A DNA stretch of 64,000 nt from an uncultured candidate division Zixibacteria bacterium (GTDB taxonomy: Bacteria > Zixibacteria > MSB-5A5 > GN15 > PGXB01). Each line of letters starts with the position of its first letter. Position 1 is the stretch's first letter. Positions 59,940-64,000 of the stretch are shown here, in pieces. The DNA lies in assembly GCA_963702205.1 (NCBI GenBank), contig OY969724.1:1696001-1760000 (forward strand). The letters run 5' to 3'. Position numbers and translations under genes: made by a program. The notes beneath the pieces are model-generated. The model did no database searches, had not been told where the DNA came from, and saw only the letters and a program-made list of their open reading frames with translations.

Positions 59940-60620
59940 ATGATAAGGGCGCAAAATAAATTCCGACATACGAATGCTTTAAGTATTTGGTTTCTCATAA
60001 TTTCTGTCTTCGGATTTCTTATTGGTCCTGATATTATAGCCGGCGGTCCGGCCGATATAGATTCTTGCGATTCGGGGGTGACTTGGGTGAGGTCCCCTTG
60101 TGGAGCCGACGGTTATTATGTCGTTTATGACCACGTTTTTCCATGGCGGCAGTCTATCAAAGAATATTATGACACATCGGCAACACGGCCGTTGGAATTT
60201 GGACAATATTGCGCCTACGGGGCCGGTATCGATATATATCGACCGTATGAAGGCGCATGGAAACCGGAAGCGGTTTACTTCGGAGTTTCACTATTTACGG
60301 CGGATTCGGCTGCCGCGGCCCAACTCGCCGACAGCCTGCCCGGCGGCGAGCTGGACACCGATATTGATGAATACGAAGATTCGCTTTGGAAGTACGAACC
60401 CAATCAGCATTTTTATAAAAACGAAATAGATTCTCTCGTTGTTCACATACGCGATTGGGGGATTAAGCTGGATCATTATGAAGTGTTCGACGACAATGCC
60501 TTGATTTTTTTTGGGAGCTGCCTGTCCAACAATGAGGCTGATATGATTAAACGGCGCCTGGATTCGCTCGATATTCCAACAAGAGTGGTAAAATATGAGT
60601 ACATTGAACCGGATATCTAA
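59940..60620 (+). CDS. Exported acidic hypothetical protein, possible immunity protein
   Basis: N-terminal hydrophobic segment; stop is 5 nt from the next start. Confidence 0.6.
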   Translation: MIRAQNKFRHTNALSIWFLIISVFGFLIGPDIIAGGPADIDSCDSGVTWVRSPCGADGYYVVYDHVFPWRQSIKEYYDTSATRPLEFGQYCAYGAGIDIYRPYEGAWKPEAVYFGVSLFTADSAAAAQLADSLPGGELDTDIDEYEDSLWKYEPNQHFYKNEIDSLVVHIRDWGIKLDHYEVFDDNALIFFGSCLSNNEADMIKRRLDSLDIPTRVVKYEYIEPDI

Positions 60621-60625
60621 TCGCC

Positions 60626-63600
60626 ATGAAATACGGTGAACGTGTATTAAAGTTAGAAGACCCGGCAATGACCGGTGAGGACGTGCTGGACCTTCAACGC
60701 AAAATAGTCGCCTTCGGATCAAAGGACAAGGCTGTCCCGTGCGACGGCACTTTCGATGAGGTTACTGAGCATGCCGTAAAGAAATTTCAGGTAAGTTTCG
60801 GTTTAAAGGAAACTGGCGTGGCTGACGTCTGGGTTTTTTCCGCGTTGGATCAATGGGCGCGCGATATGAAACCCATTATGCAAAAGATTCTTGAGAAGTA
60901 TAAATGCGACCACAGTAATGTGACTGGCACATATAAAACACATTGCGACCAATTGTGGACCGACCGCGTTGAGGACGAAATCGACCTGGTCGGAGGCGTC
61001 GAAAAGGCCGGGAATGCACCCACCTGTGATGGTTTTGGAAGCAGCCTTTCGAGAGTGGCCCTAACTCATAGCAAGACGTGGAATTTCAAGCAATATGCCA
61101 ATTATACTGAAAATCCGGGGATTGACAAGACTCTGTTTTGGCTGCTTATGGGTACCATGCATATTTATGGTATAAACGATCTTCATATCACCAACGGTTA
61201 CCGCTGTAATTATAAGTATTGGCGGATCAACAAAGTAAATGGCAATGCCTCTCTGGCTAATCATACCGGACATGCGTGCGATTTTCGTATCCCGGGCAAC
61301 AATGTCTTTCGTCCCAACGGCAAAAAACTCACTGTCGTAACTAATTATGAAACGAAGAAAAAGCATTGCGGTGAAGTGCGCGATGATCTGGCCGAGCGGG
61401 GCGTGAAGGAGACTTTCAATTCTACGGTTAAAAATCGACCGCGGACCGAGCCGCGCGACGCCGCTCCGACCTGGATACATCTTGATACGACTGTTTATAA
61501 AAGCCATTTCTACGTAAAATCCGTGGATGATGCCCTGGCTCCGTTCGCGGAGACAATAAAACTCCCTATAGAAATAGGGGGATCACTTGTGGCCACTCCG
61601 GCATCATTGCAATTGGGCCATCATCATGTCGAAAAGGAATATGCCGGTGGCTATTTCCCGATCGGGGCCAATACCCTCTGGCACGGAGGAGTCCATTTGA
61701 GAACCGGCGTAGGTTCGCTGGTCTATTCCTTTATGGCAGGTATTATTGTTGCTGCACGCCTTTGCGACGATCTGCTGCGGACAAATGTTGCTTATGGCAG
61801 CCAGGATTTTATTCTCGTGAAGCACCAGTTGGGTGAAAAATTTTTCTATTCACTCTATATGCACCTTGGATATAAGGATCACGACCCGGAAGTTAAATTT
61901 ATAAAAAAAATCGACTGGTTAAACCGAAATGTAACCGGATATCGTGTAAAAGCAAACAAAAGCCTGAAGTACAGATCTGTCCCGACTGCCAGGGACAATG
62001 ATCATCTGGGGATTCTGAATGGCGGTCAGGAAGTTGGCTTGCTGGAGTTCACCGATTCTCCGCCGTGGGCCAGGGTCAAATTGCCGAATGGCAAGAGCGC
62101 ATATATCTATGCATCGTATGCGCTGGTCGATGAAATCAAGGAACAATCAAAGAATATCCTAAAAAAGCTGGCATCGAACAAAATCATTAAACTCAATATC
62201 CCTGTCAAGGCGGGCGAGTTGCTTTGGGCTTCAGGTTATTATGGTTCGCCCGGCCATCAAACCGGATTGATGCATTGGGAGATTTTTTCCGAAGAATATT
62301 TATTCGAAAAGGCTGAAAAGGAAGAAATCTCTAACGGCGGCGGTTCTGCCGGAGCGCTTACTCGCCAAATTCTGATAAAGAAAGTGAATGGACCGACCAG
62401 CGGCAATGTCGGCAGGATTTTGCAGTATAAAGTAACAGAATTTAATGTGTCCGATCCATCCGATAGCGAGAAAAAGCACGTAAACTGGAAAGTGGAACTC
62501 AACGGAAAAACGCTGGCGGATTTTGGTAAGCATGGCGACACGTTAAAATACAAGATTCCCCCGGACGCAGCAGGTGAATCTATCTTGGTTATGCCATACA
62601 TGAACAGCCCGACTCCGAAAATAAGTGTCCGGACGGTGATAACGCCCCGCATACCTGTCGAGTGGGAGCAGGTGGAGGACAATGATTCCGATTTCAACGT
62701 AGATTCGAAGAGTATTCTTGATCTTTTCGGAAAAGAGCTGCTCGGGACTGATCAAGTGCTGGATACGTCCGAATTGAAACAATATTACGCCGAAAACAAA
62801 GATGGCAATGTTGAAAAACTGCGAAGTTATGCCTGTAAATTCGTCAGTGAATGGGGCGTTCCCGATATTTCCGCCGCCATCGATAAAATCACCGGCTTGG
62901 GTTATTTCAATACGATAGGGTTAAAACATCGATTGGAACCTTATGTCTGGTGGAAGCAGGCCACTGATGCTGAAGTTGATCTGCCCGATTCAGCCGACGT
63001 CTGGCATTACAACCCGCTTAGATTCTCAGAAAATTTCATCACCGGGAAGGAATCTGGCCGAATTACCAATCCATACGATCTTAGCCCTCATCAGGAAGAA
63101 GTAGAAACTTTCATCTCGAAAAATGGCATCATTCCCCGAGAAGAATGGGGTAAGCTGACGCCCCGCTACAGCAAAATAAAACCGGATTGGGGTTACAATT
63201 GTATTGTAATACACCATGCCGGCGACAGGCTGAAATCAATCGATGACCCGACTCCACTCGATATTGAAGAATTACATATGAAAACCCGGGGGTTTGATGA
63301 CGTCGGTTATCATTTCATGGTGGACCTGAAGGGAGAGACGGCTTACGAAGGCCGCAAATTGTTTTTACAGGGCGCTTACACGGTCACTAATGAGATCAGC
63401 ACTCACAAGATAGGAATTCTGGCGCTCGGTGATTTCCAGCATCAATTCTGGGACCCGGTTGACAATATCCCTGCCGATGAGCAAATCAAGGCCATAGTCG
63501 ATCTGGTGCTGGATCTTAAGGGGATGTTTACCGGATTGCAATACTTGGGCGGTCATCGTGACTGGGATAATGCCACCGTCTGCCCGGGAGATGAATTGTA

Positions 63601-63664
63601 TAAACATTTAGACCATATCAGAAATGAGACGGGTTTAAAAAAACCGAATGTCAATAAGGATTAG
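60626..63664 (+). CDS. Multidomain peptidoglycan hydrolase effector (PG-binding, M15-like, M23-like with SH3 insert, Amidase_2/PGRP)
   Basis: GEDVLDLQ..FQ; GYRC..NH.G.A.D..WIHLD; WHGGVH..YMHL..HWE; IIPREEWG..IVIHH..GYHF..GHRD..CPG. Confidence 0.8.
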   Translation: MKYGERVLKLEDPAMTGEDVLDLQRKIVAFGSKDKAVPCDGTFDEVTEHAVKKFQVSFGLKETGVADVWVFSALDQWARDMKPIMQKILEKYKCDHSNVTGTYKTHCDQLWTDRVEDEIDLVGGVEKAGNAPTCDGFGSSLSRVALTHSKTWNFKQYANYTENPGIDKTLFWLLMGTMHIYGINDLHITNGYRCNYKYWRINKVNGNASLANHTGHACDFRIPGNNVFRPNGKKLTVVTNYETKKKHCGEVRDDLAERGVKETFNSTVKNRPRTEPRDAAPTWIHLDTTVYKSHFYVKSVDDALAPFAETIKLPIEIGGSLVATPASLQLGHHHVEKEYAGGYFPIGANTLWHGGVHLRTGVGSLVYSFMAGIIVAARLCDDLLRTNVAYGSQDFILVKHQLGEKFFYSLYMHLGYKDHDPEVKFIKKIDWLNRNVTGYRVKANKSLKYRSVPTARDNDHLGILNGGQEVGLLEFTDSPPWARVKLPNGKSAYIYASYALVDEIKEQSKNILKKLASNKIIKLNIPVKAGELLWASGYYGSPGHQTGLMHWEIFSEEYLFEKAEKEEISNGGGSAGALTRQILIKKVNGPTSGNVGRILQYKVTEFNVSDPSDSEKKHVNWKVELNGKTLADFGKHGDTLKYKIPPDAAGESILVMPYMNSPTPKISVRTVITPRIPVEWEQVEDNDSDFNVDSKSILDLFGKELLGTDQVLDTSELKQYYAENKDGNVEKLRSYACKFVSEWGVPDISAAIDKITGLGYFNTIGLKHRLEPYVWWKQATDAEVDLPDSADVWHYNPLRFSENFITGKESGRITNPYDLSPHQEEVETFISKNGIIPREEWGKLTPRYSKIKPDWGYNCIVIHHAGDRLKSIDDPTPLDIEELHMKTRGFDDVGYHFMVDLKGETAYEGRKLFLQGAYTVTNEISTHKIGILALGDFQHQFWDPVDNIPADEQIKAIVDLVLDLKGMFTGLQYLGGHRDWDNATVCPGDELYKHLDHIRNETGLKKPNVNKD

Positions 63665-63995
63665 CATAAATATCGCTCTGATATTGCTGGCGGCGGCGTT
63701 TTTTTGGGTGAAATTATACTGCCTTGAAGTTGTTTATCCGGAAGTGCCCATGAGCGTATTGGTTATGAAGAATTCGCCGTCGTTTACGAGCTACGTCCAA
63801 TCTGACGATATTGACGCCTATGGAGATTTGCTCATCCGGGCTGGCGATGGCAGCTATCCGGGTGATTTTTTATACCATGCGATTGCCGGATTCCTCTGGC
63901 TTGTAATGCCGCTGATGATAATTATTATCAATGTATTGTGGTATTTGGACCGGCGCCATCAAAAGGTGCAAATTCAGATAGGAAAAAACGCTTGA
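63648..63995 (+). CDS. Two-TM membrane protein, putative immunity protein
   Basis: Overlaps the effector stop; two hydrophobic helices around a short loop. Confidence 0.6.
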   Translation: MSIRISINIALILLAAAFFWVKLYCLEVVYPEVPMSVLVMKNSPSFTSYVQSDDIDAYGDLLIRAGDGSYPGDFLYHAIAGFLWLVMPLMIIIINVLWYLDRRHQKVQIQIGKNA

Positions 63996-64000
63996 CTCTG

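Overview
Bacterial chromosomal DNA from a diderm organism. Lgt, lipoproteins and an outer-membrane barrel are present, and six secreted proteins end in a twin 'GD..DG.(V/L)NLLDI..LI' dockerin-like domain, which suggests a Zixibacteria-like lineage (inference). Left to right: (1) two divergent GT-C membrane glycosyltransferase paralogues; (2) tRNA-Leu(CAG) with a ~2.85 kb integrase-less islet bounded by an 18-bp att-like repeat, carrying an IS256 inserted in a zinc-ribbon membrane gene; (3) a sigma54 two-component system divergent from a ~25 kb poly-gamma-glutamate (PGA) locus. That locus holds a beta-propeller lipoprotein, an OM beta-barrel, a DctM-like transporter, an M14-type deacylase, DUF6305, GGT/CapD, pgsB, pgsC, pgsW, three giant modular dockerin proteins, a lipoprotein glutamate racemase, FAH and SDR; (4) a RAYT transposase hotspot where three REP families and 188-bp REPINs bound fragments that look like polymorphic toxin and immunity genes; (5) lgt, a methyltransferase, a radical SAM, SIMPL, a candidate sRNA and an SPFH/zinc-ribbon pair; (6) a dockerin-tagged TSP3 protein, a papain-like protease and a gingipain-like protease; (7) a PAAR/adaptor/effector/immunity cluster running to the window end. 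Four +1 frameshifts in the PGA locus all lie at GTAC sites and are probably sequencing artefacts. All family calls come from motifs read by eye; no database search was run.
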